A stretch of 63,950 nucleotides of DNA, the filler included, from Hyphochytrium catenoides (lineage: Eukaryota; Protista; Hyphochytriomycota), in assembly GCA_900088475.1 (NCBI GenBank). It is 7 parts of 7 records of this genome, joined end to end, with 100 filler letters (N's around TTAATTAATTAA, not from the genome) between each part and the next. Parts side by side here need not be neighbours in the genome. Positions count along the whole stretch, not along the records: positions 34,301 to 55,219 come from FLMG01002295.1; positions 55,320 to 59,988 come from FLMG01000873.1; positions 60,089 to 62,805 come from FLMG01003569.1; 4 more parts are not named here. The stretch is one strand, 5' to 3'. A program made the position numbers and the translations under genes. Shown piece by piece: positions 50,516 through 62,905 of the stretch. The notes below the pieces were generated by a model, which worked only from the letters and a program-made list of their open reading frames with translations, was not told where the DNA came from and ran no database searches. The first letter of the stretch is position 1. Each line of letters begins with the position of its first letter.

Positions 50516-53500
50516 NNNNNNNNNNNNNNNNNNNNNNNNNNNGTCCCTAAACAAAGCGTCATCGTCATAGTTATCAACAGCCTTCTTTCCGTTCTTGTTC
50601 TTTTCTCCTGCCCGCTTCGCTAGCTTCTCAAGCTTCCCAAAGGCTGCCGATTGACAAAGGAGGAAGAGACAGAGACCGACAACGAGAGTGATAGATATCA
50701 GCCAGAGACCAACTTGAGCCAAGAGCGCTTTGCTAGACCTTCAGCCCCAGGCAACAGCAAGGGCTGGAGGAAGAAGCGCGCCAGAGAAGACTGAACATCT
50801 GATAGAAACAGATAGCGACATTTAGCAACGACGTCCTTCTCCTACTCACCCGATCCCAAGATCGTTCCTGCACCTCCTCTTGCGGGTGCTGCGGGGCTTC
50901 GGATCTCTTTCTCAGGGTCTAGATCCGCAAACTCTTGGTCCACGTAGTCCACACAAGTGTCCGATTTCTATTAAAGCAGTAGGAAAGAGTGCACAGGAAG
51001 AGCATGATATGCTAAGCCTATCGTCCTGCTAATGAAACAATAGGGAGAAGCCAGTCCGGGTCTAAAAAACGTTCGGGACAAGCTGAACAAAGAGGCGAGC
51101 AAAGACCTAGACCGAGAAGAGACATTATTTTGAACCAGGGCACAGCGCTAGAAGGATAGAACAGGAATAACTGTTGACGAGAGGAACCGTCGAGTTTTAC
51201 AGAGTAGGACAGGGTCAGGAGCAGCGGCGCCTACAATGTTGGGCTTCCATGGTGGCACAATCTCCTTGGCAAGCAGTTTATCCCAGTCCAATCCGCGGTA
51301 GAAGGGATGGTCCTTGATCTCTGAGAACTTTTGTCCAAGCCTTTCCGTAGGGTCCTTGCAGAGCAGCTAAAGGAGACGAGAGCCAGCATAGTGAGAGAAC
51401 ACTTTCAGTCGTGAACTAAGCCCATGATCTAAGATCTAAACGGTTCCCCCCTCTCTTTCTCCGGCAAATCGTCCCGTTGTCTCTACATTCAGAACGACTA
51501 AGCTCTATTGTCTTTCTCTATTTAGATTATGTCTTCCTATCGGCCATCTTCCCAACTGCATGCTCTGAGGCCTTATAGCTCCATCTCCTTTCCTCTCTCT
51601 TACCCCTCTCAAAAGGTCCTTGAGCTCCTCAGAGACGAGTTGGTTTTCCGGGAACTTGACCGGCTCTTCCTTTATCTTCTTGTACATGCGGTCAATGTTA
51701 GAGTCAAAGAATGGACTCTTCCCACAGCTCATTTCATAGATCAGGACGCCTAGGCTCCACCAGTCGATCATTTTGCCGTACTGCCGCTGTTCCTTGGGTG
51801 CCAGCAGCTCGGGCGCAGTGTACTGCGGGGATCCCGCCATAGTCTTGGCGCCTTTGTAGTCTTGCACATGCATCTTTGCGAGCCCAAAGTCCACGAGGCC
51901 AATGTGCCCAGAGGCGTCAATCATGACGTTCTCCGGCTTCAGATCCCTACATAAATGAGAGAAGGATGACGCCAGATGTAAGCTCTACGCGGGGAGACAC
52001 TCGCGAAGTTGAGGACAGTCGACGGTTATTCTGCACGTCGACGCCCATACTCTACTGACTGGGACGTTATCCAAGGAGATTCACAAGCCGCACTTTATAT
52101 TTGTCTCCCAACTATCTAATAGGCTCATACCTGTACAGAATGTCATGCTTATGCAGGTGGTGGATGGCCAGCATCAGCTCAGCTCCATAGAATTTGGCCC
52201 TTGCCGGTGCGATCTTACACGTAGCGCCCCTACTCATATGATGGAAGAGGTCTCCCCCTGCGTAGAACTTCATCCCTAGAAAGAGCTTGCTGCGGGACTG
52301 GAAAGCGAGTTGTAGAGACGCGATGAAGGGATGGTGGATGGTCTGCCCGATGTTCATCTCCGTGAAAGAGCTCTCCACGTCGTACTTCGTCATCTTCAGT
52401 TTATCGAGGATCTTGATCGCATAGACCCTACCATCCGACTTCTTCTTGGCGACAACCACCTGACGGGACACAAGACAACCAGAGAGACAGAGAGAGAGAG
52501 AGAAAGAGAGCCAAAACATTGACCAAAGGGGTGAGCACTCGCTAGCGCTGACTACGTTGTATAAAGGAAAATTCGAGACAAAGACTTTGAGGGTGACGAG
52601 CCTTCCAGAGCATAAAAACGTCCATCAATCCTTCATGTCTTACCGTCCCAAATCCTCCCTTGCCGATGACATGATGGACGGTGAAATCATTCATAGAGAG
52701 AGCCAGAGCTCTCCGTGTATGATAGACTCTATTATGGTCATCTTTCAGGACAAATGGAGTCGCGGTGGCTTTTAGTGCCGCATAGGCGTCTCCAGCCTTC
52801 TCCAGGTCAATCTTCATAGTGATCTTGGTGATCTTGTCGCCGCCTGGACCGAAGCGGATCTCATGCGTCCAGCGTTCGAGAATCTCCGTCCGATCTGCGC
52901 GTGATCTAACTAGGGTTGTGCCCTGGACGATGGTCTTGCGCTTGTGGGGCTAATCAGAGCAAGAGCGCACAAGGATGTTAACGAGACGATCCTCAGTGCC
53001 AGCGTAGAATGGATTAAGAGAGATCCTGGCGTTCGACAGTGGATACGCGACCGTCTTCAGAAAGGTTGCTCAAAAATGACGTAAGTGACCAAAAGAAAGA
53101 GAGAGTAATAGAAAGGGTAAATGGCCTGTCTCCGCTAGTGTCCCCTTCCGCAGCTGGTCTTACCTGCACACTCTCCACATTCAACTCATAAACCTTGAGG
53201 TTACGAGTGTAGAGCTCACAAAAGGCGACAAGCCCTTCTCTGCCATAGAAATCTCCACCAAATGCGAGAGCTCGAGGGTAGTTGGACGTCAAGATTAAGT
53301 CTACCAAAAAGGTACGACAACATGCGGTCAGACACGCAAGAGAATGACGAAAGAAAGCTCATGCCAGCGGTAAGCGGGAGAGGGCAGAGGAGAGGATGGT
53401 TTTCAACTAGCAGGGAGACAGGACGAGCGAAAAGAAAGTAGGATTTGTCTCTCTTATAACCTTTGCTGAAGTAGAACACGAAGTCCTCCATGCCTCTTCT

Positions 53501-54823
53501 CTCCATGAGGATCTTCTTATACTGCGAGTACAGCGTCTCATCCGGCACGTAGTTCAATAAGAAGTTATGTGTCTGAAACTTTGGGCGTCCCTTTGTCTTG
53601 AACAGCACTGCGTCTACTCCGGCCTAGGAGGATAGAGTCAGCGCGCGACCAGAGAGGAAGAGATGGAAAGGTAGACGGAGGAAAGACTGAGCATTCCGGC
53701 CTCCGCCCAAAGCCGGCAGCTCTGGCGGTTAAGGCGGGGCAATTGACGGCCAAAGATTGTGGGATATGTACGCCGCATCCACTTATTCCCTCTCTTCCCT
53801 ATCCAGATGACATCCGTTTCCTCTCCCACTCGTTCTCTTCCTGTCTCTTTCCACGTCTCTCTCGAAACATGCTCACCTCCATCATCCTGACCCAGACTCT
53901 CCTTTCCATATCGCAGGCAATAGAGCAGTGGAACTTCTTTCTCTCCACAGTGTCGATTATAAAGTCATAGCCTCGACTGTTATCTTTCTTCTCTTCCAGC
54001 TGGACGTCCGAGATGTGCAGCCGACCCTTCAGATGCCGCCGCTTCACCGCGTCTTCTTTGTTCTCATAGTCTGATGAGCGGCAAGAGAGTCAGAAGAACG
54101 AAACTGTGGCTTCCACATATAGCAAAAGACCGAAGGATGAAACATGAGGAAGACAGAGAACGAAGAAGGGGAGAAGGCTCATAAGGGAAGAGAGCAGACC
54201 GGACGGAGAGAGTAGACGGGATAGGAGAGATAGTGAAAGAAGAGTCGGCGGACAAGCAGACTCCATAGAAAGTAAAGAGACCGATCAGAGTCATCAAGAG
54301 GACACTAACGAAACCACGAGGACCTTCTTCGCAGACATTTGATTCATGACGGAGAAATGAAGGACAGTACAGGTGAACAAAGGAATAGAAAGAGACCACG
54401 AGAGGAAAAAGAAAAGACGGACGAGCGAAGGAGAGAGAGCAGACAATGCCAGCTGTCCATGAAGAAGTCATGGCCAAGCTTCAACGAGAAAATAGCAGCG
54501 CTAGAATGTCTCTCTCGCTTACAGGAGAGAGAGACAGAAACAAAGACAGAGAGAGAACAAGGACGAAGAGAGAGCGGTAGTGAGAAGAGAGAGGAGCCAT
54601 TGCCAGCTGCCCTAGATAGGCCAAGTCAAGGAGACACGCAGACCGAGAGAGGTGTCTCTCCCTTACAGGATAGCGTGTTCCCTTCTAACGTGCAGAAGCG
54701 TGGTTTCCAATGCCTGAGCACATGTCCCTTCTTCTCCATATAGCCTTCCCATTCCACGTGAGTCGTGTCAAAGCCGCTCACTTCCTCGCTGAGAGCCGTT
54801 GAGGTCGTCGTCACACTCCGGGA
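49714..54823 (-). CDS. AGC-family Ser/Thr kinase with N-terminal PH and SnoaL/NTF2-like domains; first exon unresolved
   Basis: PH: WEGYMEKKGHVLRHWKPRFCTLEGNTLS|YY...ERRVWVRMME. SnoaL-like: LTSNYPRALAFGGDFYGREGLVAF...WTHEIRF...KITKITMKID. Kinase: GKGGFG, YAIK, YR|DLKPEN, DFG, APE. AGC tail: HPFYRGLDW...PPWKP...YVDQEF...ALFRD then N gap. The acidic last exon ending at 49714 is joined across gaps and less certain. Confidence 0.88.
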
Positions 54824-54885
54824 CTAAAGGAAAGAGAACACAGAGAGCAAATAGCAGGCCAATTTGAAAGAGAGAGAAAGGGAAA

Positions 54886-54925
<40 letters not shown>

Positions 54926-55219
54926 CAAAGACGTTTGTTAAGTCAATGTAGAGAGACGTTAATGGAGTGAGCAGAGCAAAACGGCGTAGAGATGGAAGGA
55001 AAGACAGTGGCGGAAGAAAAGGGGTGGAGGAGAGAAGTTGACATATTTGCACAGACGCAGCAGAAGAACCTTCTTAACAGTAAAAGACAATACTAAGCAT
55101 CGTCACAGCGACACAAAGAGAGAGAGAGAGACAGAGAGAGAGAAAAGTACACGAAAGGAATATTGTACAGCCTCTTGATGTACAGCGTCTTGAAAGGAAA
55201 AGAGAGAGAGAGAGAGAGA

Positions 55220-55319
55220 NNNNNNNNNNNNNNNNNNNNNNNNNNNNNNNNNNNNNNNNNNNNTTAATTAATTAANNNNNNNNNNNNNNNNNNNNNNNNN
55301 NNNNNNNNNNNNNNNNNNN
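55220..55319. other. Artificial 100-nt scaffold spacer
   Basis: 44 N + TTAATTAATTAA + 44 N. Confidence 0.97.
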
Positions 55320-58300
55320 TCCCTTCCGCGCTTAGGGTTTCGTGCCCGACTGGCCAGCCTCTTAATGGCCGCAGCTAGCTCATTACAAGTGTTTAGGTCC
55401 GGCACCCGTTCGATATACGACGAAAGTGCGTTTCGATCCGTCTCGTTAAGGTCCTCAATCAAAGCTTCTGTCAGGGTTTGCCAGTCCAAGGAAAGAATAT
55501 CGGGGATCACCACAAGCCTTTCTGTCGACAGTGCAAAGGCTATCACCTGATTGGTCGACATTTTCGTTCGCGTGAATCAAGAGAGGACTCGCCTGCTTCG
55601 CTAAGACACGATCGCGGAAGACAAGTGCAGAAAACTCTCACCAGGGCCGACGGCCATTACGGACCTGGGGACAAACCTGGTGATCTCAGCCAAATCGAGT
55701 GCTTCAATTGTCGCGAGTTAGGACACATGCAAGCCCAATGCCCGCGCCTAAAGGGCGATGGTAAGAAGCAGAAGAAACAACGATACACCGACTGGCGCAA
55801 GAAGCGGTCAGGTTTACAAAGTATCACGACGAGGATGAAAGCAGCGTTGATGGCTCTAAATCCAGCGACTATGAAGACCAAGACGAGGGTGCGGTGAAGC
55901 GCAGACGTACCTGTAAGAAAACACACGCTAAGAATGGACCGCAGCAAACGGCCACAGGGACTCTGGTCAGCGGAGAACTAGATGGGTTCAAAGTGCTCAT
56001 TGAACTTGACACCGCGGCTAATGTGTCACTAGTAAGCAGGAGATGGCTAAAACGACAGCCAGCGGAATTGCAGAAGCAATGGCGCGGGGGTAGCGTAACC
56101 CTCTACGACGCGCAAGGCCAACCATCAATGAAGACAAGCGGTTCCCTTCTCACCACACTATGTGTGGGCAAGCAAATACTGAGACATAGATTCGTCGTGC
56201 TGATGGGCTTACAGCCAGATTTGCTCTTGGGAACCGACGCATTCCAAGTAGTAGCTATGACGTTCATGCTAGGCAAAGGCGACAGTGAGCCAGGAACAAC
56301 TGTACGACTCACAACCGCAGAAGCAAAGACGCCTTCCTTCGATCAGCAGCTGGAAAGCAAAATCAGCCATCTCGCCGAAGGGATAGAGAAGGAAGGATCG
56401 AGGACGGTACTCACCTCCTTTCGAGACGCCTTCTGGATAGAGGGAGACGAGCTAGGATATTCAAAGAGAAGACCTTCGACGTACCATACGACACCAGCCT
56501 CCCGGCTGTGGGGCCTGTTCGACAAAGACTGAATGCAAAAATGAGAAGCCACGTCGAGGCGCACGTCAGAGAGATGGTCAGACTAAAGATCATTGAACCT
56601 ACCACCGCACCAACAATGGTCTCCCCCTTTCTCCTGGTCGTCAAACCTTAACGGCAGCTACCGTTCCGTGACGGACTTTCGGAAGCCCAATTTGCGGTTC
56701 GGGAAATATCCCTATTTAATCCGTCACCAAAGCACGCTCTTAGAAGCACCACACGGTGCTACACGAATCACTACCCTGGATATGGCTCAAGGATTCCACC
56801 AAGTGGACATCTCGCCGTCGCTGTCCAAAGTCTTCAGCTTTGCTACAGACAGTGGTGTATATGCACATACACGCTTGCCTATGGGAGCTAAAATTAGTCC
56901 CAACATCTTTCAAGAAGTCATGGATTACACGCTAGGAGACCTTCGATATCAGTTCGTGGTGGTTTACATCGACGATGTACTGGTGTACTCTAAAGCTGAA
57001 GAGGACCATCTTGGCCACGTCAAAGAAGTCTTGGAAAGAATCAGGGAGAATCAAGCTAAAGCTTGATAAGTGTCACTTCAACCTCCCTCAGGTAGATTTT
57101 CTGGGGCACACCCTGTGTGTTAGAGGCATCACACCATTACAAAGCAAGGTAGCTGCTATCGCTACGAGACCAAGGCCTACCAAGGTGAAGGAAGTTAGAA
57201 GCTTTCTCGGCATGATGAACTATTATCGGGCCTTCATACCGCAGTTTGCCCAGAGAGCCAGGCCCTTAGTAGCTCTCACCAGTAAGAATGCTCGATTCGT
57301 TTGGACCAAGGCATGCGAGGATGCCTTTGAAGGATAAGAAATGTCTCACTACGGAGCCCGTGATGCTCGCCACCCCTGACTTCGATAAGCCATTCGTGCT
57401 CTATACCGACGGGTCAACAAGAGCAATCGGGGCAATACTGGCCCAAAGGGATGCGGAAGGAAATGAGAGATTGGTGCAATACCTCTCTAATGAGATCTCT
57501 TCCCCAAAATATCCTAAGGAGCCCCACTATTTCGAAGGCTATGCGATATACTGGGCTATAAAGAAGCTAAGACCATACCTCCTTGGCACGAGGTTCACGG
57601 TCGTGACCGATCACAAGCCCCTGACTGCGTTGATGGCTACGAAAGAGCCTACAGGCCGCAAAGCGAAGTGGATTGCCTACCTCCTTGAGTACGATTTCGA
57701 GATTGTGTACCGTCCAGGGAAAGGCCACGCAAATGTGGATGGGCTTACTCGTTACCCAAACGCTGGGCCTAGCAACAAGAAGAAGACTGTCAAGGCCCCT
57801 ATGACAGCTCATACTCCAACCGACTTGCGAGCGTCGGTCGAGGAAGGACAACGGGAAGACCCTGAGGTCCGAGGTCTAATAGCCCTAGTGAGGGAGAGTC
57901 CCAAGTTACAGAAGGAGTATATTCTACGTGATGGTATCCTGAACCAAGCGAAGATGGTAGATGGCCACATCGTCCATAGATTGGTAGTGCCACAGAGCCT
58001 ACGGCAGACAATCTTAGAAACTAATCACGATGACGTCCTAAAGGGTTCACATATGGGGTCCAACCGCATGCAACGACTTATTACCCGACGCTATTAACGG
58101 CCCGCTATGCACATAACCATCAGCGAATACGTGAGGAAATGTCGCACTTGTCAGCGTCACCCGCCGCAGTCTTTGGAAGTGGACAGAACCGTTCGCTTCG
58201 CGGTTTTCCCTACCGCACTTATGGTCGTGGTTGTTGTTGACAGACTGGGACCTTTCCTGATCAGCAAGAAAGGCAATCGTTACGTGATTGTTGTCTACTG

Positions 58301-59610
58301 TGCCTTCTCTGGTTGGGTAGAAGCCTTCCCATGCCAGTCTTTGGACTCTGCAGAAATAGCTACGCGACTCTACCGGGAATTCTTTTGTCGGTACCTTTGT
58401 GCACAGTACTTGGTGACAGATGGCGCTAAATACTTCAACAGCGAGCTCTTGAAGGAGCTTTACAAGCTACCTAAGATCCGCCATCATACTGGGTCACCTT
58501 ATACGCATGGCTCGACTGCCACTGTGGAGAGATTTATCAGAACGCTGGAGGGTATGATATCCAAGTATGTGGTGAGCGAGGACCAGTCGGACTGGGACGA
58601 GAGATTAGAAGCTCACCATGCAGCTTATCGCATCTCTATCAACGCGGATACCGGGTTTTCGCCCTACTACTTATGGCATGGTCGAGAACCGCAAACAAAG
58701 ATGGATTTGCTCTTGCCAGGACTAGACGGAGAGAACAAGTTCCGTACTGCCTCAAGCTTCACGAGACATCTGTGTGGCCATTTCAGACGAGAGCTCCTGG
58801 AAGTAAAGAAAAAAAAAAGCTTTAGCAAGACAACATTCTTGGGCTAACTCTGTATCCTCTTCCATCCCTACAGGCAGGTGGAGCGCTTACCAGAACTCAA
58901 AGTTGGAGACAAGGTGTATCGCTACTATTATCCGTGTGTACGGAAAGGGTTGAGCAAGAAGCTTTCGGCCAAGTGGGAAGGACCTTTGACGATCGTCGCA
59001 CAGCGAGGCCCTCGTTCGTATGAGCTAGCTAGAAAAGGTACGAATGATTAAGAAGGGTCGACCTGTTAGGAAGAGAAAGAGTCTTCGCACACAGGCGCCA
59101 CTTGAAGCTAGCTGTAGGAGAAGACCATCAAGACGACGTCGGAAGTATCACTGCTGTGTCTTCTACTTTGCAGTGATGATCGAATTCTCTTGGAGGCAAT
59201 GCTTGGAATAGCACTTTTTTAACTGTCGGCAGCTTGGTTCTGCTACTTGTCTGTCTCCTACTTCTTTGCTCTACCGAAGCGTTGACTTGGTCAGTGAAGC
59301 TCATTGGGTTTTCCCTCTGGTGGATGAGATTGTTTTCCATCATTGAGTTGAGACCCTGCGCTAAGGATCTTTCAGTTGTTGGTCCTGTCTTAGTAAAGCT
59401 CTTCTTCTAGAGCTTGAGGGGGAGGGCATGTTACAGAGCTCAGAGGTACCAGGAACATTATCAGACGTGACCTCTGCCTCTGGTGGTACTACTGGTAGTT
59501 AGGCATAAACTATAGGGATCCTAAGCCCTAGATAATGTCAGTGACCAATTCCACCGGGATAATACATGCACAAGTCGATTCTGTGGTGCCCACTACATTC
59601 CACGGTAACA
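55320..59610 (+). mobile_element. Ty3/Gypsy LTR retrotransposon, frameshifted/degraded, 5' truncated by scaffold edge
   Basis: Domain order is gag CCHC (CFNCRELGHMQAQC), protease (LDTAANVSLVS), RT (LPMG, YIDD), RNase H (LYTDGS, TDHKPL), integrase (H..H..CRTC, VTDG, VERF), GPY/F (VGDKV...KWEGP). This is the Gypsy order. Several frameshifts and stops. Confidence 0.95.
59429..59610 (+). repeat. Candidate short 3' LTR of the Gypsy element, preceded by a polypurine tract
   Basis: PPT GAGGGGGAGGG at 59416-59426, then TGTTAC...GTAACA 6-bp inverted termini. No 5' LTR is available for comparison. Confidence 0.6.
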
Positions 59611-59988
59611 CTCAGACACTTCCAAGAGGAGAAGCAGCTAGCAGAGAATCGTGGAGGACCGCCGCTGAGCGGACGCTGCTTGCCAATCTCTCCTTCTTCT
59701 TACTTCTTGCTGCTGCTCTTTCAGCAGCCTTGCTGCATCTTCTTTCTGGAGCTCTGCCCTGGTGAGATATTGAAGCGGAGGCTTGGTTCCCGCCGCCTTG
59801 AGACACTAAAAGCCGCTGATATTATAGTTATAGCCTGCTACAGTACGAGTAATATAAAACTATCTGTTCCGCACGCCGCTCAGACACTCCGCTGATCCAT
59901 AATCTATAAAACAAAATAACTTGCTGATATAAAGTATTGGTTACGCGACTCTATAGTTAATACCCTGCTACCTTAAAGTATATCTGGG

Positions 59989-60088
59989 NNNNNNNNNNNN
60001 NNNNNNNNNNNNNNNNNNNNNNNNNNNNNNNNTTAATTAATTAANNNNNNNNNNNNNNNNNNNNNNNNNNNNNNNNNNNNNNNNNNNN
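59989..60088. other. Artificial 100-nt scaffold spacer
   Basis: 44 N + TTAATTAATTAA + 44 N. Confidence 0.97.
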
Positions 60089-62118
60089 AACTTCTTTATC
60101 TCCACGGTGTCGAAGAGAGTGGAAAGAAAGAGCATCAGCCCATCATAGCGCCGGTATGTACCCCAGAAGGGGACAATCGGAGGATAGTTGGAGGAGAGGG
60201 TCCTGGATTAAAGAGATGCGGAGGTAAAGAGTCGCCGTCCGTAAGGGATAAAGGAAATCACTTGGATCTTCCAGGAAAGGCTTCTTTCTCAATCCTGCCT
60301 GGCGCAATCTCTCTCTTCGTCACCTCTCCTCTCTCTGTAGGCCTATCTCCTAGCGTGTCATGATCTTTTGTTCCCTGTTTTGGACCGGACCCTAAAGTTT
60401 CTTCCCATTACCTCCATCTCGTGACTTACATTTCCGAATGTAAGCTAGAAAAAAGCGCAGTGAAGTCCTCGAGCTCTCTGGACATGATCTTTGTCAGCGT
60501 TTCATAGAAGTCTGAGACATCTAAAGGCTTGCTTCCGAACGGAACATATGGCGCCTCTGCCTCTCCTGTAAGACAGAGAGACGACCAGGGAAAGCGCTTA
60601 GCTGTCGTCTCGTCGACAATGTCATAGCAAGAATGCATCATGAGAGACTGTCTGTCTGAAGGCGAAAGGGTACTTGCTCCTTCACCATTGGAAGAGAGCT
60701 AGAATTCAAGAATGTGGTGAAGAAGACACAGATTGAACAACAACGCAGGGTGGAGATGGTACATGGGTAGCTTGGAAACTGCAGAAGCTTTTAACTTCCA
60801 CGGGAGAAAGCGTGCAAGCGGGCGACAGTTGAAAAAGAAGCGTACCTTGGCTGGCCTGCACCTCGGTTCGGATGGCCCTCATCCATTGTTCTTTCTCTAG
60901 TGCTGTCCTCGCGGCGAAGAGTGCCTTCTTATGGCCTTCAGTTGACACTTTGAAGCTATGCTCTCGCCCTCCATCGGCGACCTCCACTCCTGAGACCACG
61001 ATGCGGCCTGTATCAGGATAAAAATCGTTTGCGAGAGATGGTCAGATAGCAAGCACATGCCGATCTTTCTTTCAGTGGTCCACTTCAAACTCAGAGGGAA
61101 GATAGATAATATAAGCCGTGAACCAATCTCTCTCTCTCCTCTCAATATGGGCGGGGATTTCTTTTCGCTTCGAGTTCTTTCGGGTTCTCTTTGGCCTTCC
61201 TCTCCTTCCGATGCTTAAGGGCCCCAGTTTCTCTTCTCCTCTCTCTCTTTCCTTATCAACGAAGCTCCACACAATCGAACTTATCCGAGTATCTGTCTAC
61301 CTACTATCACATACCCTTAAGAGAAGTATTGGTCACGGCATGCTCCCTGCTGGTGTAGTAGGATAGAGAAGTCCCTTCGAGCACGCAATAATATCCAAGC
61401 CAAGTCTTACTAGCGCCCCTCTTCTGAAGGAACCCTTCTAAGCTGATTCTCTTGTTGGTTTGATAGCGAAGAGTGTGTGATCGGCCGCGGGTCTGGAGGT
61501 CCTCCTCCCTTTCGGCTTCCCAGTCTCCTTTTACAGATTGCTCCGGGCCTAATGGAGGAAAGATTGATAGAGGATAGACAGTACGTGATAGTTAGCCCTA
61601 TAAGGCATCACGCCTAGCTTATTCAGACTCTTGTCGCAAAGCGAGAGCACTTTTCAGCCTTAGAGAGGCAACATGGAACACAGCTCGGATAGAGGGCACG
61701 AAAGAAAATGGGCTGGCAAAGCGTCTTAAAGACGGGAATATCTTACCTTCATCCTCCTGTCTGGCCCCTAGTTCCCCTCTTTCTCCTCCCTGGCGGATAG
61801 CCTCTAAGACCTCAGCCGGGGGAAGAGGATAAGATAGAGAAGCGCTCTCTTCTCCCTCTTCCTCGACAACAGGCGGCGTAGAAATGAAGTTGACGCTACG
61901 CCTTCTTACTAGGGTTGATGAGGAAGGGTGCACAACCAAAGGCGAGGAAGAGGGCTCTCTGTCCAGATTCTCTCCAAAATTTCCAAGTGGAGGCGATGAC
62001 TCTTGAAAAAAAGAAGTATTAAGGATGTCAGTGGCTAGCTCAACTACAGGGGCATGGACAATCAACCCGCTCGAAAGAAGAGACTGAGAAGACAAAGGCA
62101 AAGAATACCCTGGAGTCT
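60089..62118 (-). CDS. Second PH-SnoaL-like protein (paralog of the 49714-54823 kinase N-terminus); partial at both ends
   Basis: Exons give LEGFLQKRGASKTWLGYYCVLEGTSLSYYTSREHAVTNTSLK|GRIVVSGVEV...EKEQWMRAIR (PH) and FYETLTKIM...LHSEM|TLSSNYPPIVPFWGTYRRYDGLMLFLSTLFDTVEIKK, which runs into the scaffold end. Further upstream exons are likely up to about 62800. Confidence 0.8.
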
Positions 62119-62805
62119 AAAGCGGTTGTCTAAGGTGACTGGGAAAGGAGGAAAAGAGTTAGCAGAAGGAAGATAGAACCAGGAGCTCGGTTGCTTTCAA
62201 GATATTCTATGTAAAGGTCACAAGCCGAGGGACGCCTGAAGAAGGAATTATGGAGGGAAGAAAGATATGATTTTAGACATGTCTACATAAAGAGCAGTTA
62301 CTAGTTCTTCACCATCAAGGAAAGAGCTCTCTCTTGAGATCTCATTGAGTGCTTCCAGCTTTTTCATCTCGCGCGGACTTGGGAAGTGCATTACCTGGGA
62401 CGAGTTACGCGCTCTGTACCAAATGGTAGAAGACAGTTGATCGATCAGTTGAAGACAGAGAGAGAGGGAGACAAGAGTGAGGGGAGGAGAATGAGGCTAC
62501 GCAGGCTTAGACGAGAGGAGACGTAAGAGAGACATACCGCGGCTTCTGATGGTGCTCGGGATAGGTCAGACAAGCCAGAGAGGAGATGCTAGGGCTAGAC
62601 AAGGACAACTACTAGCCTTCTTATGAAGAGAATAAGAGCATCCTACCTTGGGGCTTGTGGCGGAACAACGTTCAGTGGCTGCAGTCTCTGCTGCACTAGT
62701 CGAGTGAACCAATGCAAGGTGACTCTCTCTTTCTCCTTCTTCCTATCCCTCTCTTGGCCAGAAGAGTTGACACCTTTACAGAGTATCTTGATCTGCTGGG
62801 AGTTC

Positions 62806-62905
62806 NNNNNNNNNNNNNNNNNNNNNNNNNNNNNNNNNNNNNNNNNNNNTTAATTAATTAANNNNNNNNNNNNNNNNNNNNNNNNNNNNNNNNNNNNNNN
62901 NNNNN
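62806..62905. other. Artificial 100-nt scaffold spacer
   Basis: 44 N + TTAATTAATTAA + 44 N. Confidence 0.97.

Noticed and set aside
50690-50850. Missing AGC hydrophobic motif or frameshift at the kinase C-terminus
   Set aside because: A phase-1 splice to the exon at about 50543-50643 gives ...DDALFRD running into an N gap, so the FxxF motif is probably hidden by the gap.
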